A program made the position numbers and the translations under genes. A DNA stretch of 63,496 bases, counting the filler, from Octopus bimaculoides (taxonomy: Eukaryota): assembly GCF_001194135.2 (NCBI RefSeq). It is 3 parts of 3 records of this genome, joined end to end, with 100 filler letters (N's around TTAATTAATTAA, not from the genome) between each part and the next. Parts side by side here need not be neighbours in the genome. Positions count along the whole stretch, not along the records: positions 1 to 27,065 come from NC_068985.1; 2 more parts are not named here. One strand, 5' to 3'. Below, in pieces: positions 1 to 12,183 of the stretch; position 1 is the first letter of the stretch, and every line of letters begins with the position of its first letter. The notes beneath the pieces were generated by a model. The model made no database searches. It saw only the letters and a list, made by a program, of their open reading frames with translations, and had not been told where the DNA came from.

Positions 1-141
1 ATAAGCCAGCTGGAGGAGATGTCCTCCTGGGGCTAAAAGCAACAGTAACATCCACCCCTAGGGGTCAGCCACACTTAAGCGGCAATATACTACACTTTAT
101 CGTGCAGTTACTGTTAATACTTCATTTAGAGAATTAACATT

Positions 142-142
142 G

Positions 143-194
<52 letters not shown>
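142..194. repeat. (TA)n microsatellite
   Basis: Direct reading; one of dozens of (TA)n/(CA)n/(TATC)n/(GA)n arrays in the window, which are not all listed. Confidence 0.98.
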
Positions 195-196
<2 letters not shown>

Positions 197-453
197 GTGG
201 CGACTCCGGCACTCTGGCTGTTTGGGCTTAGCCCAAGTATAAATTTAATAAAGTGAACGTGTATTTGCAAGCTGATTTCATTTCTGCCGACACTGGCTTC
301 AAGTATGTAATTTCGGCCAATAACTAGGGCTCCTTTTATTGAGCCTGGTCGCAATTCATTTATTTTCGTTCAGCATGTGGCGGTCGTCTTAGAAGTGCAC
401 TGTGTCGAAAAATATTCGTAGCAGACGTTCTCTCGACACTGTCCACACGCGCC

Positions 454-662
454 TAACTCGGGCTCAGAAGTTACAGCCCGAGTTATCTATGATCGTAAAA
501 ATTAAAAGTAATTCAAATTCAATGTTTTCTTGAAACAATAAATTCTTATAGAATTTAGGATTTAAATTCTAATCTATGAAATGTTTCCGTTCTACAATAT
601 TCTTAAAGGAACGAAAAATTATACACCAACTCGGGCTAATACGAACGAGTCAAGTTGGTGTA
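454..662. other. Structured segment with two hairpins and three copies of AACTCGGGCT
   Basis: TAACTCGGGCT(454-464)/AGCCCGAGTTA(475-485); TACACCAACT(622-631)/AGTTGGTGTA(653-662); third motif copy at 628-637. Confidence 0.7.
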
Positions 663-1083
663 AAAGACGAACTGGCATATCTTGTCACGAGTACAGGCGA
701 CAGTTAGATCGCTGATATTCGTTGTGCATTCTGCCGCCATTTGCTTGCTGTTATTCTCTTCGTCTGTGTGCAAAGTTCAGTTGTGTTTTGCAGGGTTGCT
801 TTAATTTTACCCTTAACTTAGAAATAGAGAAAGACATATTAAAACTATATTTCTGTCTTATTGTTAAAAAATTATCAGTGCACATATAGGTCCGCGGTGT
901 GCATTAGGTCGCGATATTAATTATATATCGACTGAAAGTAAAGGAGTCCGGTAAAGCAGAGGGGAGAGTGACTTGGTGGTCTTCTTCACTGACTTCAGAA
1001 TGTCTGACCCGATAAAGTGATAAGTTGTGTACGGAAATGGATGTCCATGATCACTGATGATTGTCAGCATGATACGTAATCAC

Positions 1084-1229
1084 AGAGAGAAAGAGAGAGG
1101 GAGAAGGGGAGAGAGGGAGAAGGGGAGAGAGGGGGAGAGAGGGAGAGAGAGAGTGGAGAAGGAGAGAGAGAGAGGAATAAGGAGAGAGAAGGGAGAGAGA
1201 AGATTGGAAGGAAAGTAGGAGAGAGAAAG
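1084..1229 (+). repeat. GA-rich polypurine tract
   Basis: Almost pure A/G run. Confidence 0.95.
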
Positions 1230-1293
1230 ATTGACTTCAGCAGTCTTTTGTCACTTCTGCTGTGGGAAATGCAATGCAACAATTATCGTCCTA

Positions 1294-1394
1294 TTCAGGT
1301 CACTGCTTGGAATCGAACTTGGAATCTTATGGTTAAGAGCGTGGGCTACTAACCCCAAGATTCCGAGTTCGATTCCAAGCAGTGACCTGAACAC

Positions 1395-1454
<60 letters not shown>

Positions 1455-1460
1455 TAATAA
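1294..1460. mobile_element. Fold-back tRNA-derived SINE head plus (AAT)n tail
   Basis: Plus strand has TGGTTAAGAGCG...GAGTTCGATTCC (A/B-box-like), preceded by a 35-bp inverted copy of its 3' part with 1 mismatch; (AAT)n at 1396-1460. Confidence 0.8.
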
Positions 1461-1845
1461 TCGTCCTGTTGTAAATCTTTAGAAAACGACGTTAATTTGC
1501 ACAAATTGTGACATAAACATAAAATATAAGTAAATAAACAACTTTGTTTACAATATTGTGTTCTCATTACTTTCTATTAAGAACTTAGCTACAAAACACT
1601 TTACTCTTCAACAGGGCACATTTATAACCGCGTCAATCAGTCGACGAATTTCGGTGACCGATAAAGCAGTGACACGCTAAAACTCACACTGAGAATACAA
1701 TTTCACCTTACATCACAACCACTTAGGTTACCTGAAATATCACTTTAAATATAATCAGCCGAATTTGAGGAGAGAAGTGAGGTTGGGATGGAAGCTCGGA
1801 TATTGATTTGAAACGGTACCGGATGAACAGCCAAGAGAATGAGAG

Positions 1846-2007
1846 CGACGTAGAGACGTGTAGTTCAAGAGGTTTGCTTCGCAACTACGAGTTTCTAATT
1901 TCGATCTCACTGAGCAGAAGCATCGGTGAGAGTCGATTATCATAGCTTCGGGTTGTTGAACGTATTGTGAGGGAAAATGGATAAACAGAAACTCTGCAGA
2001 AGCCCGA
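1846..2007 (+). mobile_element. SINE family 1 (tRNA-like head, ...GGAAACTGAAAGAAGCCCG), decayed 5' half
   Basis: Homologous to copies at 42183, 46153 and 47337; followed by CA/TA microsatellite as in the other copies. Confidence 0.65.
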
Positions 2008-2054
2008 CACACACGCATATATACACACACGTGCGTGCACGCATGAACAGATAC

Positions 2055-2150
<96 letters not shown>

Positions 2151-2160
2151 NNNNNNNNNN

Positions 2161-2203
<43 letters not shown>

Positions 2204-2332
2204 TAGATAGATAAATAGTTAGGAAGATAGCTAGATAGATATACTGATACATAAATACATTTATATATAATATAATGTTTTATATATATATATATATATA
2301 TAAAATAAATAACAAGTATGTCCAGGTATTAG

Positions 2333-2392
2333 TGTATTACGGCCGTTTCAATGCATTACGACCGTTTCAGTGCATTACGGCCGATCAATGCA
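2333..2392 (+). repeat. 19-bp minisatellite, about 3 copies (TGCATTACGGCCGTTTCAA)
   Basis: Units start at 2333, 2352 and 2371. Confidence 0.9.
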
Positions 2393-2983
2393 AGCATCAC
2401 ACCAATTTGAAATAAATCGCTCTCCTCGGAGGCATATGACCATATAGGTTTTCAGCATACAGGATACTTCATAAGGAGGAAATACTTAAACCCTACTATA
2501 ATTTAGAGTGGCAGAAGAAAATAACAAAGGGGGCCAAGAAATAATAATGGTGATATAGCTACATTCATCTTTATCCTTATAAAAAAATCAAAAGCTCCTA
2601 TGCAGGAAGTATTCTACATCCCTTAGAATTAAAACCATTAGGAATTGACAGTTCTTGCTCTTGGTGATAATTTAATATCAGATACTCTTCTCTATCCCTT
2701 TTTACTGTATAAATTCGCCATGTATACATAAACGAACATGCTTCAGAAGATGCTAGCAAGATAATGATATCTAGGTGATAACCAGAAAGAGGAAGCTATA
2801 TTATGATTATCAATTAAAGGGGCCTAAAATAGAAAACAAAGGAAGTCACAATGAGATCTAAGTGGCATTAAGGGTACAGGGGAAAAAGTGTATACCCAAA
2901 TTCAGCAAAATTTATATACTATTACGGATATGTACTTACATAGCAAGTGACCAGATCTGAGATCGAGTGCTGAAAAAAGAAAA

Positions 2984-3217
2984 GCAGCATGGAAGGTGTT
3001 TATAAGCCATTTAAAACACACGCAAAAGCCGTTAGATTCACTTCAACGTTTATATTTAATTTGTCAAAATATTTCTGTGCAGCAGGGAATTTTTGTCAGT
3101 GAACAAGTTGCGGTCTCAATGCGACGAAAATATTTTGACAAATTAAGTTAAAATTTTGAAGTGAATCTAACGATTTTTGTGTGTTTTTAAATGGCTTACA
3201 AAAACCTTTCACGCTGC
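2984..3217. mobile_element. Palindromic (fold-back) interspersed repeat, ~95-bp arms
   Basis: GCAGCATGGAAGGTGTTTATAAGCCATTTAAAA...TTTGTCAAAATATTT is inverted as AAATATTTTGACAAA...TTTTAAATGGCTTACAAAAACCTTTCACGCTGC; a partial copy lies at ~7915-7980. Confidence 0.85.
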
Positions 3218-3413
3218 AATTGTTTATATATTATCATATTTTGTATAAATAAATAATAAAATTTTATAACTGATATACACAACATCAAACCTCGACATTA
3301 CGTGACATTCTTCGACCAATCGCAGCCCACCTTACGGTAATAAGAATCAGCTTCTTTCATTGAAATTCAAAATGACTGAAGATTAGCATCAGTCTTGAAA
3401 CTCGCATCGTACC

Positions 3414-3743
3414 AGTCATAGTCGTGATGACTGACAGCAGATGATAATATTACAAGGTCAAAGACCCGTTCCCGAAAAATCTAGATCAAAAGTCTCTCCA
3501 GAGGCTGACTTTTTATGAAGTACATTATCTATCTATCTATCTATCTGTCTATCTATCTCTGTGTGTGTTTGTGCGCGCGTGCGCGCGTGCATACGAGTGA
3601 GAGGACAAACGAAAGAAGAGCATTCAATACTTTTACGAATTTGATTTATACATATAACTCAATAAAAGTGTTGAATGTTCTTCTTTCGTTTGTCCACTCA
3701 CTCGTATGCGCGCGCACACACATACACACAGAGATTGATAGAG

Positions 3744-3787
<44 letters not shown>

Positions 3788-3900
3788 TATGTACTTCATA
3801 AAACATCACCCTCTGGAGAGACTTTTGATCTAGATCTTTCGGGAACGGGTCTTTGACCTTGTAATATTATCATCTGCTGTCAGTCATCACGATTAAGACT
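3414..3900. repeat. ~490-bp near-perfect inverted repeat containing internal microsatellites
   Basis: 3422-3504 matches the reverse complement of the right arm at 82/83; arms include (CTAT)n and GT/CG runs; loop ~3637-3662. Confidence 0.95.
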
Positions 3901-4989
3901 TCATAGCTATGCCATGACTTAATAAGCGTTTTCGTCTTTTCACTTGATTTAAGCTTTCTCGTTTCTTTTCACTTGAGTTAGTCAGAATGCAAAATTGAAA
4001 GCCTATAAAACAAGAATGCATGAGATAGCATTAATTATTCTTTATTTGCATAAATGAAATTTATTCTGAAAAAATTTGTGGAGTCAAAACTTCATTTGAT
4101 TTCCTGGAGCCGTATTATTGCTGCTTATAGTAATTTTTGTATCAAAAACTTCACCTGATCATACCGTGTCAAAAGTTCACTGGATACTTTCTCAAGTTTT
4201 TGCTGGAATCCACAAGTCTTTCCTTTTTTTCCTTCTCATTTACAATATCTTTTATTTCTGTCTTTCCGTCGTGATGCCAATACGTACAATGATTTCTAAC
4301 TTGTTTCAATGAAAGCATATATATTAATATGCTTAGGTTGGATGCGTTACGCTGCCACGTGGTTAGCTGAATGAAAGGCGAAGAGCGAGAGAAGAAAAGG
4401 TAGAAAGAAAGAGGAAAAGAGAAAATGCGGGAGAGGGAAGTGTTAACGACTTGTGATAGGGGGGAAATTAATAGTTAACTGCTGTCAACTGCTTAGTTCA
4501 AGGTAGAAACGGTGTGAGATATATATACAAGTAGATGGATAGAGAGAAAGAAAGAGAGAAGGAGAGTGAGAGAGAAAGAAAGAGAGAGAGAGTGTGTGTG
4601 AGAGAGTGTGTTAGTACTGAGAGGTAAGGGAAAGGTATTACCATTTCGTTGTATGATTAGTTAGTTGAAGTAAGTTGTAGAAGGTAGAAAGAGGGAAATA
4701 TAAACATGCTAAGAGGAATTTCCATGGGCTTTGCTTGTAAATATAATTTTGAAAGCTCGCGATTTTTAATGATTCGTTTAAATGAAAAGATTAACTGATT
4801 CATGTTATAAAAAATGGAATTTTTCCTCTTGGAGAATGGACTCAATATGAAGAAACTGATTGTTATTTCAAGCTCCATGAATTTCGCCTCGAAAGAAAGG
4901 TTTTGATTAATAACAAAATTTCTGCCCAGGAGTAACTAATCCAAAATAAATAGTGTTTGAGTACTATCTAAAAGTTAAAGGTTTCCCTA

Positions 4990-5110
4990 ATTATGTTCAC
5001 AGCTTGTCATCCAAAAAATAAATGTAATTCTTTTACCATTTGCCAACTTATTTGCTCTCTGGTCTTCTATTTCCAATGTTATACTTCTACATTTGCGTTT
5101 CGCAGAGCGT
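4990..5110 (-). mobile_element. pogo/Tigger-like transposase N-terminal HTH remnant
   Basis: Minus frame SAKRKCRSITLEIEDQRANKLANGKRI resembles the CENP-B-type HTH start KRKR..ITLE.K..I...L..G. Confidence 0.45.
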
Positions 5111-5324
5111 AAGAACGAATGGGATAGAAGGTGGTCTGAATATGATAGCATAGAAACACTGCCAAGTTTACACTTATTCTAATTGTGTGCCATTCGTAAG
5201 AATAATTCACTGAGGGGATGGGTGTATAATCCAGGAGTCCATGCGGACACATGCACAGGAGTTCACATTTATTTGAAAAGGTATATAATTAAACATATGG
5301 AGATAAGAAAATATATACATATAC

Positions 5325-6770
5325 TTACATGATGATGGCCGTGTCTGGAATTTTTGAGGTCCAGCCAACATTCAGAATGTGTCTGAGACATCTTTGATGA
5401 AAGCATTCAAGGACACTTACATGACGTTTGTAAAGGGCCCATGTCTCACATGAGTAAAGGAGCGATGTCAGTACACACGCACGGTGCACAGCATTTTTTG
5501 TTTGCTTTGTGATGCCATGCTGGGACCAGACACGAGACTGAAAAAATCGGAAGGAATCAGTTGCTATCTGCAGCCTGAAAGATATTTCATCATCCAGGGA
5601 GCAATAACGGCTGAGTGTGTTGCCCATGTAGACAAACTTGTCTACCACTTTCAGAATTGTTCCTTCAACCAAGATAGTTGGTTCCACATATAGATTTCCT
5701 GGTGCAGGCTGGAACATTACAACAGTCTTGTCCAGGCTAATGCTGAGTCCAAATGCCTTGCAAGAAGCAGAAATACGATTCATAAGTATTTGCATGTCAT
5801 CCACTGTATGAGTGACTAAGTCACAATCATCTGTATAAAGGAGGTCATGAATAAGAGTCTGGAAAACTTTTGAATTGGCAGCAAATAGGCGCAGATTAAA
5901 GAGGCGGCTAGAAGATCGATACCTGACATATATTACCAGAGAGCTAACCTTAGCAAAAGCATGAGTAAAAGCAGTACAAAGAAAAGAGAGTTGGGGCAAA
6001 GATGTCACCCTGCTTGACACCATTCTCTACAGGAATGGGTCCCGCCGTGCCACTACCAACATTGACCTAAGCCTCCATCCCATCATGAAATGATTTAATT
6101 ATAGATACAAAGTGATCCGGACATCCAAGATTGCCAAGTATTTTCCATAGCAAGGCCTTATTCACAGTATCAAAGGCCTTCGTTAAATCAATCAATACCT
6201 GGACAAGATCCGTATTCTGCTCATAGCACTTCTCCTGCATCTGTCTTACTCTGAAAATCATATCCATTGTCCCTCTACTAGATCGGAAGACACATTGAGA
6301 TTCAGATAGGACATCATTTACGAGACACACATTCGGGCGGGTAAGAAGAATATTTGCCAGAACCTTGCCAGCAGCTGATAGTAGAGCAATACCTCTGTAG
6401 TTACCACACATTGTTCTGGCTCCTTTTCCTTTATAGATAGGAAGAATAATTGCATCCTTCCAGTCCTTAGGCATTGCACCACCGCACCAGACTACACTAA
6501 GTTCATGAAGGGACTGTATGATGTAATCACCACCAAATCGCAAGACCTCAGCACAAATTCCATCCCTTCCAGGTGCCCTACCAATATTCAGTTTACTTAT
6601 TGATGTCATTACCTCATCTATTGAGGGTGTGGAATTTAAGGTGCCAATGATAGGTCTTTGTTGCATAGTATCAAGCACTGTCTCATTCACAACTGACTCA
6701 TGGTTTAGGAGTTCAGAGAAGTGTTCAATCCAGCGACCTGTGATTTCTGTTGATTTAGTAAATTGAGTAA
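5325..6770 (-). mobile_element. RTE-clade LINE reverse transcriptase, frameshifted, truncated at both ends
   Basis: RWIEHFSELLN, KAPGxDG-like RAPGRDG, NYRGIALLS, DLTKAFDTV, GVKQGDIFAPTLF, LLYTDD, KTVVM, LLYSCETW, FHQRCLRHIL; stop at ~6067 and frameshift near 6000. Confidence 0.95.
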
Positions 6771-7199
6771 AAAACTCCTCGGAAATATTTCAAGGTGTTT
6801 ATTCTGCTCAATTTTCTTTAAAATTCCCTTGTTGCTTTTCTATTTGAAATATAGGTTGAACAACTGATTGGTCCTTTGTACATCCATAACCAAAGACGTT
6901 ATATAATTGTTGAACGAATGTTGGTTTAAAAGAAGAAAAGTTTTCGGTGGTTGGTATCTATTTATTGCCATTGCAATTGTGACTACGACAAAACTTTATG
7001 GTTGATGTCACCATGCTCCGTGTTGTGTATTTGAGGAATGGCTCCCCACCATGTTTATGAACTGACAAATTCCTTTGTTGCCTTGTAACAATGTATTCAA
7101 TTTCTTTCTCACAAATAAAAATAAAACAAAATCACTTGTTATAGTAGAGCGAATTATCTAGTTAGAGATTTCATTATATTGGATCGGCAGATATTTGGC

Positions 7200-7275
7200 T
7201 TTATTCTTTGCATCTTGAGTTCAAATTTCACTGAAGTCACCTTTTCATTTCATGCTTTCAGGATCGATAACGAAA
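7200..7275 (+). mobile_element. SINE family 2 fragment, decayed
   Basis: TTGAGTTCAAATTTCACTGAAGTCACC...TTTCATGCTTTCAGGATCGATAA matches the core of the 13715 copy. Confidence 0.7.
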
Positions 7276-8768
7276 GTCCCCGTCTCCAGAACGCTGTAAT
7301 TACTGACCATTTTCATTTTGATAACAACACCTTCTACGACACTGGAACCAAGTTGCATCGCTCCTAAAAGCAATTGCTTTTATCTTGAACAATATCTGTA
7401 GCTTGGAATCAGAAAAGTTGTGTGCACTTGAAACAGCTAGTCTTCCACCAAATTAAATAAATAAATAAATAACAACAAAGAATTCTACCCAGATCTGCGT
7501 GTACAAATGCCGATTAATAATTAACTCTGACCAACAGAATAAATTGATCTGGTAGAACAAGTTATGTCCATAGCCTTCTAACATTTTCCTGACACAGTGA
7601 ATCCAATAGGATTAAATTCCCTTCTGAATAGTTTCATCCTTACATAGTATTTTCAAGATATATAACGAAGTTATTGATGATGCAGATACCTTTGTGTATA
7701 TCTGTATTCTGTTTTTATATGATAGCTCTGCTAGTCTGGGATACAATTCTGCAGTAAATTTATACATTTGTACTTGCCAGGTAAGCAATTTGATCTGAAA
7801 CCGTGAGTTGAAACTAAAACGATTGCAGCGTGGAAGATAAATATTACCTTGAGCGACCAGGACGCAGTTTGTGAGATGAAAATTTTGACAGGAAATTAAA
7901 AATAATAACTGTTTCAATGAAGTTAATAGATTTTGTGTGTTTTTGAATGGCTAATATGTTTTTTTTTCCATGCTGCTAAGGTTTATTGACTTATTATACA
8001 AAGGAAATATTGAACACGAACATTCTAATACATTTTAAATTTTTCTTTCCTATTTCGTTTTATTGTTTTGTATGTGTTTAATTGTTTCTAATTACTGAGA
8101 AAATAAAGGAATGCTTCGGCTTGTATTGGCAAGACCTACGATAAGATAAATTGTTTAAAGGTGGGTGAATGACTGAATTCTTCCAGTTTGTCTGTTGGCA
8201 GACTGGCTAGGAAAAAGGCGTAGTAACACTTGATAAGAAAATATATTTTGCATGCAAAAACAGAAAAATGATGTTAGAGTAAAAGTTGGATATTGCTTTA
8301 GAGAAGATGGAACATTCAGAAGCGTTGTCTACACGTAGGAAGCTGAATATTATTTCATTTCATGATAAAATAGTCTACTTATATATCTATATTTACTTTT
8401 ATATATAATGATGTACATACTTTATCTTAACACATGCCGACAGACTTTGACGTGTATATGATTGTTTTTGAACTTCACTTTCTGAGAACCAATTACCCCT
8501 TTAGACCGTGTTTCGGCATGTTGTGCTCACTCAGTGTGAGACAATAGCAGGACATCTGAAGCTAGAGAAGGTAAAATTGTTCCTACCTTTTGAATTCATC
8601 AAACACAGCATTTTCAGATGTATGCCAAAGCCTGCCAAGTTGACATTAAATCATCCTAAGCATGAAAAACAGTGAATATCAAAACAATGATGTATGTATC
8701 CCTTAACACAATCCGGCAGATTTGGACATGAATACAATTCACATTCGGTGGATCATCTGTCCCATGTA

Positions 8769-9940
8769 CTGGGTTGGCAAGAAAGTGATTTTGTTCTTTT
8801 AGTGTGAAATAAAAGTAATTTTCTCTTCCATACAAAGAATGAACTTTAATCAATTATATATTTTGTTCGATGACCTTTGCCATCTTTCGGGTAACTAAAG
8901 CAAGTGCGATTTCAAGTCATCATCACTATTAAAAGTTTCACCATTCAAAGAATTTTGCAAACTTCGAAATAAATGGTAATCTGGTGGTGCAAGGTCAGGG
9001 CTACATGGTGGATGTGACATCACTTCCCAACCAAGCTCCAATAATTTTTCATGAGTTAGCAAAGACGTGTGTGGTCTAACTTTGTAATGGTGGAACACGA
9101 TTCCTTTACGATTTGTCAATTCTGGCTATTTTTCTTTGATTGCTTCCTCCAATCTCATTAGTTGTAGACAGTAAACATCTGAATTGATCGTTTCGTTCCT
9201 TGGAAGCAGCTCAAAATTCCCAGCACCTTTGTTAAACCCACCAAATTGACAGCATGACCACTTTTGATGGAATTCAGCTTTCGATGTGGTTTGTGCTGGT
9301 TCATTACGCTTAAACCATGATCCATTTTTCATCACCAGTGATGATTCGTTTAAAAAAGAAGGTCGATTTGATTGCGTTTGAGATGCACATCGCAAATATT
9401 GATTCGTTATGTTAACTGAATCTATTTCAATTTATGTGGAACCCAAATATCGAACTTCTTAACGAGTCCAAGACACTAAGTGATTTTCAATTGATGTGTG
9501 TGATATATTTAACCTCTCTACAATTCCTCACAGAGTTATATGACAATCGGATTGAATTATGGCTTTGATTCGGTCATCAACAACTTCAGTAGGTCGACCA
9601 GAACGTTGGTCATCTTTGAGGGAAAAATCTTCAGAACGGAATTTATAAAACCATTTCTAACATGTGCGTTCCCTTAAGAAATCAACACCATAATCTTCAC
9701 GTATCTCTTTCTGAGCCTTACCAGCTTTCTTGCATTTATGGAAATAGAAAAGCAAAGTGTGACAAAATGCTTGTTTTTGCACTCCATGTTAAAATTGACA
9801 CTGAACTAACAGCTATAAACAAAATTATGGGCAATTTGTTTCTAAAGTAAGCTAAAAGTAACGGTTATCAAATGTCAAAAGGAAAAAAAAATATCGTAAC
9901 TCTATTTGCGAAAAACGAAATTACTTTCCTGCCAACCCAA
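8769..9940 (-). mobile_element. Near full-length mariner (DD34D) transposon, pseudogenised
   Basis: TIRs CTGGGTTGGCAAGAAAGT / ACTTTCCTGCCAACCCAA flanked by TA (8767-68, 9941-42); frames KWFYKFRSEDFSLKDDQRSGRP, FELLPRNETINSDVYC, LGWEVMSHPPCSPDLAPPDYHLFRSLQ. Confidence 0.95.
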
Positions 9941-9952
9941 TATATGATTATA

Positions 9953-10635
9953 NNNNNNNNNNNNNNNNNNNNNNNNNNNNNNNNNNNNNNNNNNNNNNNN
10001 NNNNNNNNNNNNNNNNNNNNNNNNNNNNNNNNNNNNNNNNNNNNNNNNNNNNNNNNNNNNNNNNNNNNNNNNNNNNNNNNNNNNNNNNNNNNNNNNNNNN
10101 NNNNNNNNNNNNNNNNNNNNNNNNNNNNNNNNNNNNNNNNNNNNNNNNNNNNNNNNNNNNNNNNNNNNNNNNNNNNNNNNNNNNNNNNNNNNNNNNNNNN
10201 NNNNNNNNNNNNNNNNNNNNNNNNNNNNNNNNNNNNNNNNNNNNNNNNNNNNNNNNNNNNNNNNNNNNNNNNNNNNNNNNNNNNNNNNNNNNNNNNNNNN
10301 NNNNNNNNNNNNNNNNNNNNNNNNNNNNNNNNNNNNNNNNNNNNNNNNNNNNNNNNNNNNNNNNNNNNNNNNNNNNNNNNNNNNNNNNNNNNNNNNNNNN
10401 NNNNNNNNNNNNNNNNNNNNNNNNNNNNNNNNNNNNNNNNNNNNNNNNNNNNNNNNNNNNNNNNNNNNNNNNNNNNNNNNNNNNNNNNNNNNNNNNNNNN
10501 NNNNNNNNNNNNNNNNNNNNNNNNNNNNNNNNNNNNNNNNNNNNNNNNNNNNNNNNNNNNNNNNNNNNNNNNNNNNNNNNNNNNNNNNNNNNNNNNNNNN
10601 NNNNNNNNNNNNNNNNNNNNNNNNNNNNNNNNNNN
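9953..10635. other. Assembly gap (N); other large gaps at ~22449-23419, 24213-24389, 31294-31706, 37262-38183, 39709-39971, 47506-48052, 57103-57209, 60858-61496
   Basis: N runs; the long X-containing ORFs in the track are artefacts of these gaps. Confidence 0.99.
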
Positions 10636-10689
<54 letters not shown>

Positions 10690-10886
10690 TCATGATCAAG
10701 TTAGTGTGTAGTAATAATTAATTATTATCAGTGTGGAAACAACCACGATAGAGTGTCTAAAATATCAAATATTTGTATTCTGGTTCTTTTAAGCTATTCG
10801 AAACTCTATACATATACATTTACCTTGAAATACACACGCACACACGCACAAACATACATACACACATACTCACACACGCACATATA

Positions 10887-10972
10887 CTCGAAACGTTAAA
10901 GACTTTTACACTTCCCGAGCGTTAAACTAATACATCTGTTTGTTGTCTACACCACCTGTCTTCGTCATTTGT
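10887..10972 (+). mobile_element. Interspersed repeat starting CTCGAAACGTTAAAGAC (PLE pLTR-like tail)
   Basis: Clearly homologous to 32708-32812; CGAAACGTY resembles the 3' half of PLE minimal hammerheads. Confidence 0.6.
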
Positions 10973-11351
10973 NNNNNNNNNNACCACCACCACAACCATC
11001 ATCGTCGTCGTCTATCTTGTCATTGTCATCATCGCTATCACTGTAGGCATTTCTGAAATGCGCTCGCCATAATGGAAAATCGTGAGCGAAATGATAATGT
11101 TATTTAATATTGCTATGATAAAAGCTCGTTTCGAGAAGAACATTATTTTTTCACCTTCGTTTCTCGATGCTGATAACCTCACTTTCAATGACATTAGTCT
11201 GTACGAAGAGGAACCGAGGCAAATGCCGCTTCGCGGTAACTCACTTATTCTTCTTCTTCTACGACGGTGAGATGACAAGGAAGATTAACGCGTACGACTA
11301 AATAAGAACGAGATTAACAAAAGATAGCAGAATGAAGAAATGTCGGCGTAG

Positions 11352-12005
11352 GTGATGGTGAGAGATGGAGATGTAATGATGGTGGGAGTGGCAACTGGGA
11401 GGAGGGGTGATATTTTTATTGGTGGTGGTGGTGGTAGTGGTGATAGTGGTGGTGGTTGCATACTGATGGAGATGATGGTGATGGTGATGGTAATATTTGT
11501 GGCTGTGGTGTTGATGGTGGTGGTCGTAGTCGTGATGGTAGCTGATGGTTGTGATTGAAGAGGTGGTCGTAATGGTGGTAATGGTATTTGTAGTGATAGG
11601 AGTGGTCGTAGGAGTTGTGCTAATGGTGGTAATGCTAATGATGGTTGTGGTTAGGGCGGTGTTGGTAGTGTTTGGTAGTGGTGGTTATAATGATATTTAT
11701 TGGCAATTGGAAGATCTGGTGGCGGTGGTAGTGCTTGTTACAGTATTATTATTATTATTAGTGGTGGTGGTGATGATTGTCATGATAACAACGGTGGTAT
11801 AAGTGGTAGTATAGTGGTGTTGGTGGTAGATCATTGGTAGAAGTGGTGGTGCCAATGGTAGTGTTTGTGGTAGTGGTGTTGATTGACGGCGGTGGTGACG
11901 GCTATCCTTGTGGCTTATAGAAATGGTTGTGGTGATGGTAGCTGTCGTGGTATGGAAGTAACTATTGTTAGACATGGTCGTGTTAATGGTGGTGCTGGTA
12001 GTTAT
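11352..12005. repeat. Degenerate (GGT/GAT/AGT)n trinucleotide low-complexity region; similar tracts at 12400-12620 and 13365-13700
   Basis: Source of the poly-Val/Thr/His pseudo-ORFs. Confidence 0.95.
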
Positions 12006-12007
12006 AA

Positions 12008-12183
12008 TATTGATTTCAAATTTTGTCACAAGGCCAACAAGTTCGGGAGTTCAACTTGTACTTATTTTATCGACGCCGAATGGATGAAAGGCAAAATCGA
12101 CCTCAGCGGAACTTGAACTCAGAACGTAAAGGGGCACGAAAACGAAATGGCGTTTAGCATTTTACCTGGCGCGCTAACGATTC
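12008..12183 (-). mobile_element. SINE family 2, subfamily A (tail ...GCCTTGTGACAAAATTTGAAATCAATA)
   Basis: Reverse complement of the 14523 copy type. Confidence 0.85.

Noticed and set aside
197-438. Solo LTR (TG...CA with AATAAA)
   Set aside because: No target-site duplication or second LTR, and the terminal inverted match is poor
1030-1075. C/D-box snoRNA (TGATGA/CTGA motifs)
   Set aside because: Boxes are in the wrong order and spacing, with no terminal stem
2333-2392. CRISPR-like repeat
   Set aside because: Contiguous tandem units without spacers, in a eukaryotic context
3372-3420. CTGAAGA...GAAAC...GTA next to the 3414 palindrome
   Set aside because: The stem I partner overlaps the core itself; needs an assumed deletion to fold
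4130-4320. Possible second pogo HTH remnant (LEIIVRIG, minus strand)
   Set aside because: Requires several frameshifts; similarity too weak
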